From: Rhynchobatus australiae
Lineage: Eukaryota
Length of the DNA stretch: 64,000 bases
Direction: 5' to 3'
Assembly: GCA_034780895.1 (NCBI GenBank)
Contig: JAUZTB010000027.1
Location: forward strand, 26,918,037-26,982,036
The notes under the pieces are model-generated. The model had not been told where the DNA came from and ran no database searches. It saw only the letters and a program-made list of their open reading frames with translations. Positions 25,171 to 38,836 of this stretch are shown here, piece after piece. Position 1 is the first letter of the stretch, and each line of letters begins with the position of its first letter. A program made the position numbers and the translations under genes.

Positions 25171-28134
25171 GAAAATACTCCTGTCTGGTGGGATGCCTTT
25201 ATATGAGAGAATCAAAATCATATTAGAGTTGGAATAAAAATGTTTTAACCTGAGTGAGATGTTGGCTGTTATTTTACTGGATTTATTGATAGAGGTGTAT
25301 TTTTCCCTCATGGTTATTATAGCAAACGTTTAATTTCACTAAATGTCCTTTTGTTCATTTAAACTCAGGGGTGGTATTGCTTAATAATGAACCAGCACTC
25401 AAAATCTCACATTTTGTTGAATGATTTAAATTTAGATCTGCATCTAGATTTTGAGGAAAACTATTGATAATAAGCTGTCAAAAAGCTTTTGAATTTCCAG
25501 GTCAATTTGAGTATCAATGCTGATACCATTGTATGCCTGGTCAAATGCAATGCTAATAGCTTTATTGCCAGTTTTCACAAAGGCGAACAATAACAGAGGA
25601 AAATCTTTATTCTACAAAATAAAAACTGTATATGTTTCAAATCCAACATTAAAAGAAATTCACAGCATGTCTGTCAATGAAAGTCCTTAAGAAAATTTAC
25701 ATCCACACTGTAAACCCACCTTTTATCTTCACAGATGATAGTGAATTTGCTATGCTAATTTTTTGGATGCTTCTTGATTAAGCATTGGAATAAAAATTTG
25801 TATAAGTGACATGATATTTATCAAATACTATGAAGTTTATTCTACATGAATATAAGGGTTCAAACTAAACCAATGACTTGTAAATATCTAAAAGGTCACG
25901 TTGGGAGAAATAAATAGAACAATTCAAAACCCAAGTGGCCACTGGGACTTATCCTTCTTTGAACAGACGCATACATCAAGGATGGCAGTGGTGTACCTCC
26001 CAGCAAGATGCTGTATGGAACTTGGTTAGTTTTTAGAGAGTTTATTGTGGTCTTTACTTCAAATGCAAGTTTAACACTTCTACATCCTACCTGCTTATTC
26101 ATAAGACACATTCTGGCATTTTGCCTACCAATACATAGATATAACTATATATCACGCAGTAACAACTGCACCACTTTTACAATTCTACTAGGGAAATGTC
26201 CCCAATGTCAAGTACAAAAGGTATATATATTGTGATATTGTGTTCACCATGCTTATTTTAGAAGTTACAAATAAATCTTAATTGCTGGTGATAAACCACA
26301 ACAAATGCTTATTTGTTTCTTTTGGACCTTTTGGTCCTTTAAACCATTAAGAGCTGAAATTTCATTACTCCATAGTAACAGAGCTTGTATATCTGTGACT
26401 TTTCTCTGATTAATGCAGACACATGTGCTTTAAATTACACTAATTGCTTTAAAGAGCCTGTTAAACAATGAATCTGAATGCCCCATTTATTACTATGAGG
26501 AAGGGGTTTCTTTTCTTGTTGTGCCCTTGCTAATATATCCTTGCAATCTCAGGATAAAAATTCACGGCATCTGGGAACTTTGAAATATTTTAATATAAAT
26601 CATTTGATTTTAAAAGGGGTAGCACCATCCAAATTACTTACTTAACTCCAATGAACAATGACAAAAGTGATTAAGTGATACAGAAATAATTTGAAACCAT
26701 TTGAAAAATAGTGAGGATTGCNNNNNNNNNNNNNNNNNNNNNNNNNNNNNNNNNNNNNNNNNNNNNNNNNNNNNNNNNNNNNNNNNNNNNNNNNNNNGAA
26801 TAGTATTTCACTGAACTGGATCATGGTGTCTCCTTGGAGCAAGTTATATTTTTCTCAATAACTAACATACAGCTCTATGTTTATCCAAGGTTTTTCTCAG
26901 AAAATTAGACTCAGTTGCCTGCCAGGCATTCGCCATTCTTGTGAGAGAGATCCACAGTCCCAGGATGTCTGTACTTTTATTTTTCCATTCAGTTTTCTGT
27001 GTGCATGTAAATGGAACAGATGTCAACCACTGAAAGCCCAGCTTTTGTCATTTTGTAAGGAGATGCAATATAATTTCCATTTGATACTCTTGTATAACAG
27101 ACTCAAATATTCACAGTATTCCTTTAAAAGTTGTGTCGCTCTGTTCTTGCCAGTGGTTCTCACTGGATTCTCAAAACTTTCAATGGCATCCTGATATAAC
27201 AATGCTTTTTAATCTATATTTTGAAAATGTAATGCTGTTATAGCATTGACAGTTATAATTTTAATGAGGTTGCATTTACAGCACCTCCCTAAACTGTGCA
27301 ATCAGCACGGAATCACCAAACTGAAGCCCAGGCAGGTGTTTTAATCAGCACTGAGGAACTTGCAAATTCCTGTTTCCCTTCAATATGAGAACTATGCCAC
27401 ACACTAAATTTGCAGCTTAAAATAAATTTGATCAAATTTGCATGAAGCAGATTCTAAATCTGACATTGAAGATTATAAAGATGCTGTTTTGTAACAATTA
27501 CACAACATCGATAATATCTTTCAACCTCGCATTGTTTGATCACAAGTGCTATCACCAAATTAGAAAAGTTGACACAAATGCAGAGGGAAGGGTGGGGGTA
27601 GGATGAACAAAGTAGCCTGTAGCTCAGTAAGAAGAGGCTCATCAATATATCATCTTATGGTATTGCTGCCATCTTTGCCGGCTTGTCCCAGCAAAAGCAT
27701 ATNNNNNNNNNNNNNNNNNNNTTGATAGACCCTGCTCTGAAATCCGGTTTTGAACCTGGACTGCAATGCCTAAATAAATTTTCTGACAGCTACTTTGCTA
27801 ATCAACTGTGAGAAATCTAGTTAAATCATCTAATGTAAAGAGAATGAGTAATAACATTATGTACACTGAAGAAAAATATTAAAAAATACTGTGACCAATA
27901 GAGAGACAAGGAATTCAAAACAAGCTTAGGCAAGCTGCAGCAGCTATGTTTTCCAAACATAAATTTATTGGGGCAATTAAGACAGGTAAGCTAATGAAGT
28001 GTTATCCATTTCCATCTCAATTAGATAGATTCAGCTGAGCACTTTATATAAATCCAGACTTTTTTGTAAGTATCTACTTCATTCATTTGATGACGAATCA
28101 TCTAACTTCATTATACACGTCATTTTATGACTGC

Positions 28135-28178
28135 TGTGCTTGCATATATTAAATAGATATTTAATATATGCAAGCACA
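28135..28178. repeat. Perfect palindrome, 21-bp arms with 2-nt spacer
   Basis: TGTGCTTGCATATATTAAATA-GA-TATTTAATATATGCAAGCACA. Confidence 0.95.
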
Positions 28179-28585
28179 ATGTACTTAACTGAACGAGATC
28201 TTGGATATGGTCAATTATAATCATTAAAATTGTGTTTGATTTCTGGTCACTTGAAATCCAGTTAAGATTAAAGTGATTAAATAAGGATTAATTAGATCAT
28301 TAAATATTAGAAGTGTTAAAGTAGAAAATTTTGCAATTTCAAGTCAATGATATGTATTTTTTCTGAAAAGTTGATAAAATAATTGTTTACTGATTTGCTA
28401 ATAAAATTCAAATATTTTCCCAAAGATGGAACGAGCTGTTAGAAACTCAGGTTTAGAAGTAGATCGCAATTTATATTCAGAGAAGATAATTTCCAGTTCG
28501 GGGGTTTAGGGGGCAGATTGTGCACCATCTTGGTTTCTGTGCATATTAAAACAGAACGTTGTCAGTTCACCCAATTGCTTTATCA

Positions 28586-28681
<96 letters not shown>

Positions 28682-29402
28682 NNNNNNNNNNNNNNNNNNN
28701 NNNNNNNNNNNNNNNNNNNNNNNNNNNNNNNNNNNNNNNNNNNNNNNNNNNNNNNNNNNNNNNNNNNNNNNNNNNNNNNNNCCGATCTTGGAAACTCAGT
28801 GTGTTTGCCTTGTGTCTTCCCCAAACCTAGGCATGCATATATTGTGAAAAAATTTATAGTTAGCCGCCATAGCAGAAGATAGAGTCATCAGTGAAAGTAA
28901 ACAAGACCAGACAGAAAATTCAACAAATTTACTGGTCTTTACATTCTCAATATCAAAATCTCAAGCTGTTATTTAACTGATGAAACAGCTTGAGTTAGCA
29001 TCAGGGGTGTATCCAGTACACCAAAGCTGGGCCGGTTAGTTACCTATTTCAATACAATAATACTATAGTTTCCTTTATACAACTGGAATTGACTTCAAGC
29101 ACTGGTTTCCCTGACTTTTAAACACAAGGGCCTAGAAATTCATTATTGTCATTTTTTCAATATTAAAGAGTAGTTGTATATATCACATTATTTTACAAAG
29201 CATTAAAAAGATGGCGATATTTCACTGTGCCATTTCAGAAACATTACTGAAAATTTCGAGTTGAATTTCTTGCAGCTTCCTCATAGCTGTGTCCTTATCA
29301 GCTGGCCCTTAATGACACACATGCACACCACCACCAGCACTCTCCCAGCTATTGGAGATGGCTGTTTCTTTCAGCATTGCTGCCTGTCAATAATAAGACC
29401 AA

Positions 29403-29565
29403 AGATAATGCTCCCAATTTTACAGTCAGTGACCTCAGGAGGCTTGAGGATCACATAACCAGGGTGGGCATATTATCAGCAAGTGATTCTGGCAGGACGT
29501 TGCCTGGGTGGTCTCCATTTGAGCAACATTCCCTGTACTGCTGACCAGCATCACAAAAACACAGC
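29403..29565 (+). pseudogene. Myb/SANT-like DNA-binding ORF relic of the Harbinger element
   Basis: DNAPNFTVSDLRRL...FWQDVAWVVS...(frameshift)CTADQHHK resembles APxFSxxDLExL...WEEVA.RV...RTAxQCRKK. Confidence 0.6.
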
Positions 29566-29684
29566 TCCACAAGACGGAAGAGTTTACACAACTTAAAATT
29601 TCTGTACATCTGTGCCTCTAGCCTAGCCTTCAGCTCCATTCACAAGATGGAAACATCTTTCCCTACAGTATATTTACTCTGTCT

Positions 29685-29810
29685 CTCACACACACACACA
29701 CACACATGCACTCACCACACACAGGTGCATACAAACACGTGCACACACACGTATGCACACACACACACCTGCTTCTTCACCCTTTCTTCTTTCTCTCTCT
29801 CTTTCTTGCA
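29685..29810. repeat. (CA)n and (CT)n microsatellite region
   Basis: Interrupted CA runs followed by a CT-rich tract. Confidence 0.9.
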
Positions 29811-31654
29811 CAGAGCATCTTGACCTTCCACTTTCTTTCCTTCTCTTATCACTGCTCCAGATGACTCAGCAGTACAACATTCATCACTCCATTGTTCCAT
29901 ACTCTTGCATTCATTTCCATGACTATTCCACACAATCATCCAAGAAAGCCACAATGTCATGTCCACTTAACCACTTCTCACAATAGCTTTCTACTGTAGG
30001 CGAATATGTCAAGGAACAGGTGCCTGGGCTTCAGGCTGGAGGGGGCCCCAACAGGTTAACTCCTTTGGAGGAGCGAGCAAGTTGTAGCAGCAGGCAAGCC
30101 CCAGGTACCAGAGCTAGTCTGACATATGCAAAAAATGACTGACTTGTACCCTAGCACCACTTAGTTACATTGGTTGAAGAACATTTGATCTATTTTGCTC
30201 TTCCTGGGCATCAGAGGACATCTGTATCTCGGGGCCAGGGTCAACCTTCCAGTAGCCAGGCAGCTGCCACACATTATGGTGAGATGTCAGGGTTTCCAAA
30301 CCTGCATGGAAAAGCACGACAACTACTGGTAGTGGATAGACTTTGCTGCATTGTGTCAATAAGTTCTCTTTGCGCACAAATATTTTGTTCCTTTAAAGCT
30401 GTTTCATTTGTGCAGCCTATGTTGAGTGAAGCCACTTAATGTAACTGATGTAGATTATGCTCATTCTTTTCATTCTTTAGTTCCTTTGCCTTCATTAACA
30501 GAGGTAGGTCAACTAAAGACTCTGTACAGTTTGGGCAGCTGTCACTTCAAAGCACAAAATGAATGCCTGTGTAAATTGATACAACTTGCACCATGTAGTC
30601 ACGTGCTACAAGAGTATAACATTCTTTTCCTTCGTGGCGTTTGTTGATTACTGGGATAGCCTTCAAACAGTCAATCAAAGGAGGGGATAGTGAGGCCAAT
30701 CTGTGGTGCCATTTGATGAGGCCACATGAAGCTACCTTATTCATCATAGAGCAGTCAGTGGCAGCGTGCTATTGATACATCTCCTTACAATTTAATGATT
30801 TCATGTTAGCATTGTTAGAGGACTCATGCAGATGGTTCAAATGCTTATAATGGTCATTTATTGCAGAGATGGGGTTTCCTCGGAAACTGTACACTAGTGC
30901 AAAGTGAGGTCATCACACGTGTGATCCTGTTGGAAGAACATGAGGAAACATGAGGGTGATCTTAAATAGGCAATTGCATTGACAAAGGTCAAGCATCATA
31001 AGGCCATGCAACATCTTAGCCTTTCTGTTTGTGAACCATCTGCCACTGAAATGTCATTGCTGCTTGAAGAAACACAGAAGAGCAACAGTGGATACTGTAT
31101 ATCTGTTTGAACCAATTGTTGCAGAACTGCAATATTGTATATCTTTACACAGGCTTCATGAGAAGACTATGGCCAGAGTCCGGCCGTCAAAGTATGAAGT
31201 TAAGTCTGTGTCTGAATGGACTATATGCCAAATGAATCACATTGTTAGAGATTTGGCTGCAATTCTAAATGAGACCATGAGGCCTAATGAGTTTATGCCT
31301 TGATCAAGCAAAACGATTACCATTTGCAGCTGTTGCCTTAATATTCCTTTGATTCAGGAGGAGATTATTAAGTGTCCTTGTGACCTCATTGAGTTGCCCT
31401 GGTACTTTGTATTGCTCTGACTCTGGCTGTTGTACTTGATTGCATCTTTCTAAAGTGGGCCATTTGATGAGCACCTATAAGACTGGCAAATTGGAAGAAT
31501 TGCTTCAGAAGGTATTCAGCTTCTCAGATTAAATTGAGATACAGCAGGTTTTGGATTGACAAGTGAAAATAGAGTGCACAATAAGGAACAACATTCAAAT
31601 TTTTACAAGGTTGGATGTGATTAGAAGTGGATTTTTTGTTTGCTCCACGTTTTC

Positions 31655-31975
31655 TGTATGACAGAGAAGGAGGCCATTCAACTCATCAAGTCTATGCTGC
31701 CTCACAAAGGAAGCCTATTTCCCACTTATGCTCCCCACATTCCCATCAACTTCCCCCAGATTGTCCCACTCACCTGAGCACTGGAGGCAATAACAGCAGC
31801 CAATTAAGCTACCAGCCCACACGTCCTCAGGATGTGGGAGGTAACCAGAGCACTGGGAAGAAACCCACTTGGTCATTGGGAGAATGTGCAAGCTCAACAC
31901 AGACAGCATCAGAGATTGTGAATGAACCCAGGACACTGGCGTAGTGAGGCAGCAGCACTAATAGCTGCACCACTA
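31655..31975 (-). mobile_element. HE1-type V-SINE nested in the Harbinger element
   Basis: Minus strand reads GGTGCAGCTTATTAGTGCTGCTGCCTCACTACGCCAGTGTCCTGGGTTCA...GCTGTCTGTGTTGAGCTTGCACATTCTCCC. Confidence 0.85.
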
Positions 31976-32329
31976 TCTTTATTTCTGAGAATGCCCTTAT
32001 GCAATGTGTGGCTGAGGCTGAAATGAAAAAAGAGCTTTAAGCTGCTGTTTTTGGAAGACAAACTCTGAATTCATTTTAAGCTATAACTTTATAGATGAAG
32101 TGTGTGGTGATAATTAACAGAGCTACACTGACTGAAGACCATTCACTACTTTCTTTAGTGGTTTAGGTGATCCTGCAAGGGTATGAGTGTGCAGGAAAGC
32201 AGTAGATATTATTGGTAGAATGAGAATCTTTCTGGGATCAGGTGGTGCTGTTTCACAGCATCTCCAGAAACATGTTCTGTTGGAAGAAGCCTGCCAAGGG
32301 GCACGAAGGTCTGGAATGAGTGGCTGTTC

Positions 32330-33300
32330 ATTCTCATACTCTCCCTCTTCTCCTGGATCCTCCTGATCATCCTGGTCCTCTTGGTGTCATGTCTCCTTGT
32401 CTGTCCCTTGCTCCCTCTCAGGAGGAAATGACTAAGTTTGGTGATGTCCATATTTTGCAGACCACAGTAAAGTAGGAGACTCTGGTGAATGCCGAGGGCC
32501 TTGCCAGACTGGTGCAGATGGGTTAGCTGCATTTTAACAACCCTGAAGTGGTCTTCATTAACTACCTGATGACAGTGCGGCTGTGTTGTAGTGTTGCTTT
32601 ACTGGTGTGTTTGGTTGTTTGAGTGGAGTGAGGAACCATTTGAGCAGGGAATATCTCATGTTCCCAAAACTTATCCAGCAGGGCAAAGTGTCCCCTGAAA
32701 GATGAGAGGCAACTGGGATTGACTTAGAAATGTTGAAAATGTGCAAGCTGCGACCTGGAATTGACCAGTACAAAAGTCCATCTGGATATTGAGCAAGTGC
32801 ACTCCCTTCCTGTAAATGAACATTTACAGGTTGTAAATGGGAGCTTTAATGGTCACTGGAATGTAGGTTTATTAACAGCTACCTGCTCCAATGGGCTGAA
32901 GGAGTAGAAGTAATAATCATTTTCCTAATGCTGTGATGAGGGGGATCCTGTGATATGTGGTAACTGCAGCCTGGAATGATCCCAAGCTAAAAGGATGAGA
33001 GTAAATATGACCTTGACCTTGACTGCGAGACTAGTCTGAGCACATGTATAAAATGTTATGAGAGCACAGATCTCAGAGATGACTAACTCATGGAAGCACA
33101 GCCTGCAATTTTCATGTGAGAAGTGTAGATAAGATCACAACTCCCCATGAATCATGGAACTCCAATGACTGCTGCAGGTCCATGTCAGCCATTGAGAGGA
33201 ATGGCAGGTCAAGATAAATCACCTTTGTGAGTCTTGCTGCATCAGAGTGATTTAAGTGAAAAGGAAAGCTCAATCTTCAGTGCAAGCAGTGTGTAGAATA
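32330..33300 (-). pseudogene. Harbinger (HARBI1-like DDE) transposase relic
   Basis: Ordered motifs VTIKAPIYNL*MFIYRKGVHLLNIQM, IPGRSLH, FGNMRYSLLKWFLTPLKQPNTPVKQHYN and LLKMQLTHLHQSGKAL..CGLQN correspond to NRKGFHSLNVQ, YPGSxHD, LGDKGYPL..WLMTP..RYN and LKMRFRCLDRSGGAL..CCxLHN. Stops and frameshifts are present. Confidence 0.8.
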
Positions 33301-34486
33301 AGCCTTCAGCCTGCAGAATGTTGTATAGCAATCTGGCTACAGATGTCAGGTGCTTGAACTCAGCATTGTTTCCAAACAACCAGCATTACTCGAAGCTGCT
33401 GCTTCAGTGAGTGAACAGTGAAATGTTCTTCTGATGAATGGGGATCAAAATCTCACTGATGAATTTGGGGCTTTGCACTGCTTCTCACACATTTGGATGA
33501 GATTGACACTGAAAACACATGAAAAATCACACCCAAACACAGACAGAGAATGTTAGTGATTGGTGCTAAGACACCTAAAAATGGACGCAGAATTGCATCA
33601 CTCCGCATTCATGCAATTTTCAAATTTGCAACATTTTTTTCAGCATTGTGCAAATGAATCTCTAGGCCTCCCTCATTAGCAGCTGCAGGAATATAAAATA
33701 AAAACATGAGTCTGTGTCTCTGCTCTCTTTTCAGGGACTGTGCATTTAAATTTTTTCGTCCGAAAATTTCTCTGCCACCAACCAATATGGTCAAGGAGTA
33801 CCTGGATGAAATAACATTCGATTTCATTAATGAATTTCATTTACAAAGTCCTTCATACCATCACCTGGTCAACCAATCAAGCCAGAATAGATTTTGATGA
33901 TACAGGTACCATCCATGGAAAAGCAATTTATGGGGAGTAATGACCAGAGATGGAGACTTTCAGACCAGATTCCTTCAGCCCCATTATAAAACATTAGCTT
34001 TCAAGATCTTCAATTACCTTCACACTCAGTGTATATACATTGCTGATGTACTATAAATCCTGATTTCAAAGGTAAATAATAAATATAAACTGTAATGATT
34101 GTCTTGTGAGAATTGCACAATTCTCCAATGACTGTTCCCCTTCCCTCATCCACAATACCTCTTCCACCCCTGACAGCATCACGGCAATTTCAATCCATAC
34201 CTCCCTACAGAATTTTGGCATCCACCTCTTTATCAGTTTTTAGCCTGCCCAGTATCTCAGTTGACTTCTTTTGTTGTGACTCTGAAACTTAACACATTGG
34301 CTGATGTCATAATTTGGACACGAGTCCTGGAATGGCATTAAACATTATGTGATATATGACAATGCACCAAAATTACACTGAGAGCTNNNNNNAGATGAGA
34401 AATTTGTTCACACATTTCAGAAATAGAAAGTGCTGTGCTTTTGAAAATTTGCATAACCTGAAGAACAGCAACTCTACATATTTTGG

Positions 34487-35992
34487 TGCCGAGAATTGAA
34501 TTTCACCCATTTTTAGTGCAGGAAATGGCTGCTGTGCTTTTCCTTAACTCCAAGTCAGATGTTACCAAAATAAATTGCAAAATTGGGACATCCTTGCTTT
34601 AAGAAATTGCTGTTGTGGCTTCCTCCAATATAAAAGCATCAGAAGTCAACTTACTAGATGGCAGTTGTTAGCTAAGCTCCAAGCTGAGACTGTCATGGTT
34701 TGAAGGAAAAGTCAGTTGAGAGAACAAAAAATGGGGCTGGCAGGGAGAATTGAGGAGTGATGGATAATTTGGATGGAGGCACAGTTTAACGGCATAGTGT
34801 TGAGGAATGTTCCCCCCTCTCCCCCACACACAAACACTATGGAGTGGTACAGTAATGATATTGGTGATGTCACCCGATGTGCAAAGTTCATCATGGGAAT
34901 TTCAAGTGCATTAAGGTGAATCATGAATGGAAATGTCTGATCTAATTTCTGAATGTTATTTTTATTGGAAATGAGCACCAGAGCATGCAAAAAAGTGCTT
35001 TCTCATGCATGATTTACACAATTTTTAAAATCTGATTTCAGTTCATGGGTGTCTTAGCATCTGTTAGGAAATTCATTTCCTCATCTTTCAAACAGAATTT
35101 CATTCTACCTGCTATACTTTTCCCAATGTAAAACTTCCCCAAATGATGCTATTGGTAGTGCAACAAGCAAGATTTGTTGGTTGTGAGACTTGCAACCTCA
35201 TTCATCTGATAAAAATGATCCTTATTTACTCGCAGAACAACCAGGCTTCACTGATTGCAGTTCTCCTGAAACAACACTAATTAGGGAGCTTAAACTGCAC
35301 ACTTTGTTCTCAGTGAGATCTATGGCCTCCTATGAACTTAAATACCACATCACAGCTCGGCCTTGACAGTTTTGCCACTGAGGTCAGGGTGATGATCATT
35401 CTCAGCTTCTTATCCTCAGGTTCACGCTGTTGCCTCTGATCCCTGCCACAACCCATGGTTTACTGCTTGTTGGTGCATTAGAGGGGGCCACTCAAATTCC
35501 ACACTCAAGGAGAGGAGACATCAGGCATGTTTCCTTCAGTCCGCAGAAGCATGCAGAGTGTGCTTGGAAATTTACCTGCATGGACCCTTAAGGATCTCAA
35601 AGGGTTTTTAGTTGTAGCACTGGAGGGTCTCTGTTGCACCCCTTTCCCTTTTACACAAGGAGCAAGCCTCCTGTGGGCATGGCTCTTCTGACCTCCAGAA
35701 GCACTCTGATAGCCCCTCCTACAATTGTAGTATCCACTAAGTTAGTAGCTGAAATAATTTTGCTTGTATAGCGATATGTCCCTTTAAGAGCTGATTTCAG
35801 ATTGCACCCGTTGAGTTACCTATTGAACCTTGATGCCAGTTTCAGCAGCCGTTACACAGGGAGATCCAAGAACACCCTTCTTTGAACCTCCCAGATAAAG
35901 TTCTTGCATTTTATGTAATGTTCGTTGTATTCAAGTGACCCACAGCACTGGTTTAATGCCAAAAAAATTGGTGAGGATCAATTTCTAGGCCA
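34487..35992. mobile_element. Probable non-autonomous Harbinger-family element
   Basis: The right end reverse complement GGCCTAGAAATTGATCCTCACCAATTTT shares its first 12 nt with the 29128 TIR and loosely matches the left end GCCGAGAATTGAATTTCACCCATTTT. Confidence 0.4.
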
Positions 35993-37024
35993 CTGTATAC
36001 TGTAGTACAGTCAGCAGTGATGATCTCCTACACATCCATGTATGGATTTCAGCACAGAAAATCTTTCCCCGGTAACTAATTGTCAGTGCTATGAGCACCA
36101 AATCATTCANNNNNNNNNNNNNNNNNNNNNNNNNNNNNNNNNNNNNNNNNNNNNNNNNNNNNNNNNNNNNNNNNNNNNNNNNNNNNNNNNNNNNGTCCTA
36201 AACAACTGAAGATGTCTGGAACAGGTAGGACCTTTAGCTGCAGCACACTCTCCTGATGGACACATTCAACTGCACTATTTTAATCACTTTAAAGGGACCA
36301 AACATAAATTTACATTTAATTACTGTGTGGTCTAACAATTATTAGTTTCTTTGAAACACGTTACCTTATGATGTGCAAGGCTGTGAAGATTTTTTCTTGT
36401 GTTAGTGAAAGGGTAATAAGGAAGGAGATCAAATGAGAACTTGGATACCGAACATAAAATCTAGCTTAATGTGGGGGGTGGGGGGGTGGTTAAAGATTGC
36501 TTCTGTAAGAGATCGTGGAGTGATATGTGATGGGAGCACTGTTGAAGGGTGGTGAGAATGCAATTCAATTGTTCCCAGTTTTTCACTCATTAAAGTAAAT
36601 GGCTGTGAAAACGTAGAACCCCGCAAATCAGGTTCAATGATTTGTATCTGATCCTGGAAGCTCTGCTGTCAACTCTGTGCCAGAAGCAGAATCTACATAC
36701 ATTTAGTCCAATCTCATCAAAAATATAACATTTTTGTTAGAAGCAGATAAGCAGCATTAGTTCGAGCAGGCTGTCTCTTTTTGATTAATCTCAGTCTTCC
36801 TTTCCACCAGACCTCTTAATTTTTTTCTCTGCTTCTAAGCAGTATTAGTTGCCTTCAAACCATCATCCTGGTAACTTTTTTTTGCAGGTCTAAAATTCTT
36901 CAAGAAGTATTCCTGCTTGACTTCCCTTTTAAGTCCTAATATTTTCTTGTGTACACTGATACCATTCTCTTCTTTAGCATTAGTAGAATTTTGTGACTAG
37001 TAGTTTGCTTTATTGCATTGTAAA

Positions 37025-37120
37025 TTTGATGAACAGCTCTTGTCCTGAAATGTCAATTGTTTCTCCATGGATCCTATCTAACCTGCTGAGCATTTCCAGC
37101 ATGTTCTGTTTTTATTTGCT
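37025..37120 (+). mobile_element. Penelope-like terminal fragment, decayed
   Basis: TTGATGAA...CCTGAAATGTCAATTG...ACCTGCTGAGCATTTCCAGCATGTTCTGTTTTTATT. Confidence 0.6.
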
Positions 37121-38608
37121 TTACTATATTGCAGGTTAAACACACTACATTTTTCAAAGGGAGAAGTATGTTCCGATGGAAATGCTTCATATGAATTTCC
37201 TATCAGCACAAATATCAGAAACAAGTGATGTTATATCTGAGGTCATGGTACACAAGAACACCTTACATAGGTGCATGCTACATCATGACATAAAATATAA
37301 CGATTGACTAAACTAGAAGGAAAATCACATTAACATCTTATGTATCTACATTTCAAACTTGTGTTCATTCGTGTTACTTATTACGCATTATTGTGCATTA
37401 ACCCAAATACCACACACCAACAAATTCAGCCAGTTTAAAAATTGTTCATAGGTGTGTGTCTTAAAGTTAAATCAAACAAAATCAGATTTATAAATGATAT
37501 CAAACTACATTTAAAATGTTTTCACAAAGACAATTAGTAAATTCTTGCATTTTATCTGAATAATTCACTGCTTGTGACCTCTTCTTGGGCATGTTTCCTA
37601 AATGCAATTAATGCACATGTAATGAAATGCAACTTCTTTTTCTCCCCCAGATGCTTCTTCTTTCAGCTACATCCAGTATATGACTATTTTTAGAATTTCC
37701 ATTTGTTTGTTTTTGAATTAGTCTTTCCAATATTTGTTCAAGTTGAATGTAAATTTCTCCAAAAAAATGAAATCCAACAGATTTGTTTTAGTGTAAAAGA
37801 CCTTATTTTTCTACTGATTCTGCACCTCATGGTATAGAAATCTAAATGATGAAGGTTAATGTGGTCTCCAATCAGCTGTGAAGTAAATCTCAGAACTCAT
37901 CCCACCCCATCTGGTTTTGATCTTGGCACAAGTTGTCAATACCAGCTATCTCAACCACAGGCAGGCAGCAAGTAAGTGGACAGAAAGAGAGTTTCTCTTC
38001 TCTCAGCCACAATACTCCACTTCACAAGGCCTACACTCTAATAATGGCCTGATAACATTAACAAAATCATCATTCATGAGGCTGTTGAATTACTGCAGCT
38101 ACAAAGCCGTTCACTTTAACTTTCAGCGGCCTCAGTGAAGGGTTATTCCCTTTTCTACTGGATTACCAGTAACACTTTTAATCGTAGCTGACAGCAATTA
38201 GAAAATAAATATTGATGGACTGTATTACTTCTTAAAGCATAGATACAATTTTTTTTCTCTGAATTGGCATCAATATAAATGTAAATAGCACCACAAAAGA
38301 TGATGAGCACACTATGCTGAATCACCCTTGGAACTTGTAAGGCAGCTGTTCTGAGTAACAAAGAATGCGTGTAAGGAACTTATTTTACAGGCAGAGAATT
38401 ACCTATACATATACTGTATGANNNNNNNNNNNNNNNNNNNNNNNNNNNNNNNNNNNNNNNNNNNNNNNNNNNNNNNNNNNNNNNNNNNNNNNNNNNNNNN
38501 NNNNNNNNNNNNNNNNNNNNNNNNNNNNNTGTGATTAACTCATAAAGCAATTGACTATATGGAAAACATTACTCCCTTTTTTTGGTCAACTGCATAAGGT
38601 CATCAAAC

Positions 38609-38614
38609 TTTATT
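38609..38614 (-). terminator. Candidate polyadenylation signal for the short ZNF536 isoform
   Basis: AATAAA on the minus strand, about 220 nt after the candidate stop at 38837. Confidence 0.35.
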
Positions 38615-38836
38615 GATTATTTAAGATAACTCAACTGAAACATACTATTCAAAATGTGGAATACACTTCATTGTTCATCTAAGTATTAAAATAGAATTAA
38701 ATCTGTGCACAAAACAGCAATCAAAGTTTGTATGTATATGATAAAAGTACAAGAGGATATGAAGGAGGCTTGGATTTATGTGCAGTGAAATAAAGTGCAG
38801 TGTTTGTTATCATATAAACAAAATCCAAACGCAAAG

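Larger units (their letters stand above)
29128..33669. mobile_element. Full-length fossil PIF/Harbinger transposon (TIRs, Myb/SANT gene on +, DDE transposase on -)
   Basis: TIR GGGCCTAGAAATTCATT (29128-29144) matches the reverse complement of 33653-33669 at 15/17. Both ORF relics lie inside. Confidence 0.75.

Noticed and set aside
28960-28994. 11-bp stem (CTCAAGCTGTT/AACAGCTTGAG) with CTGATGA in the loop as a hammerhead or pre-miRNA
   Set aside because: No stem II or correctly placed GAAA, and it is too short for a pre-miRNA.
31900-31975. tRNA gene
   Set aside because: It is the tRNA-derived head of a V-SINE with no intact cloverleaf. The same applies to the other SINE heads.
33008-33024. 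TGACCTTGACCTTGACT nuclear-receptor-like repeat
   Set aside because: It lies inside the decayed Harbinger transposase and is most simply a 6-bp slippage repeat.
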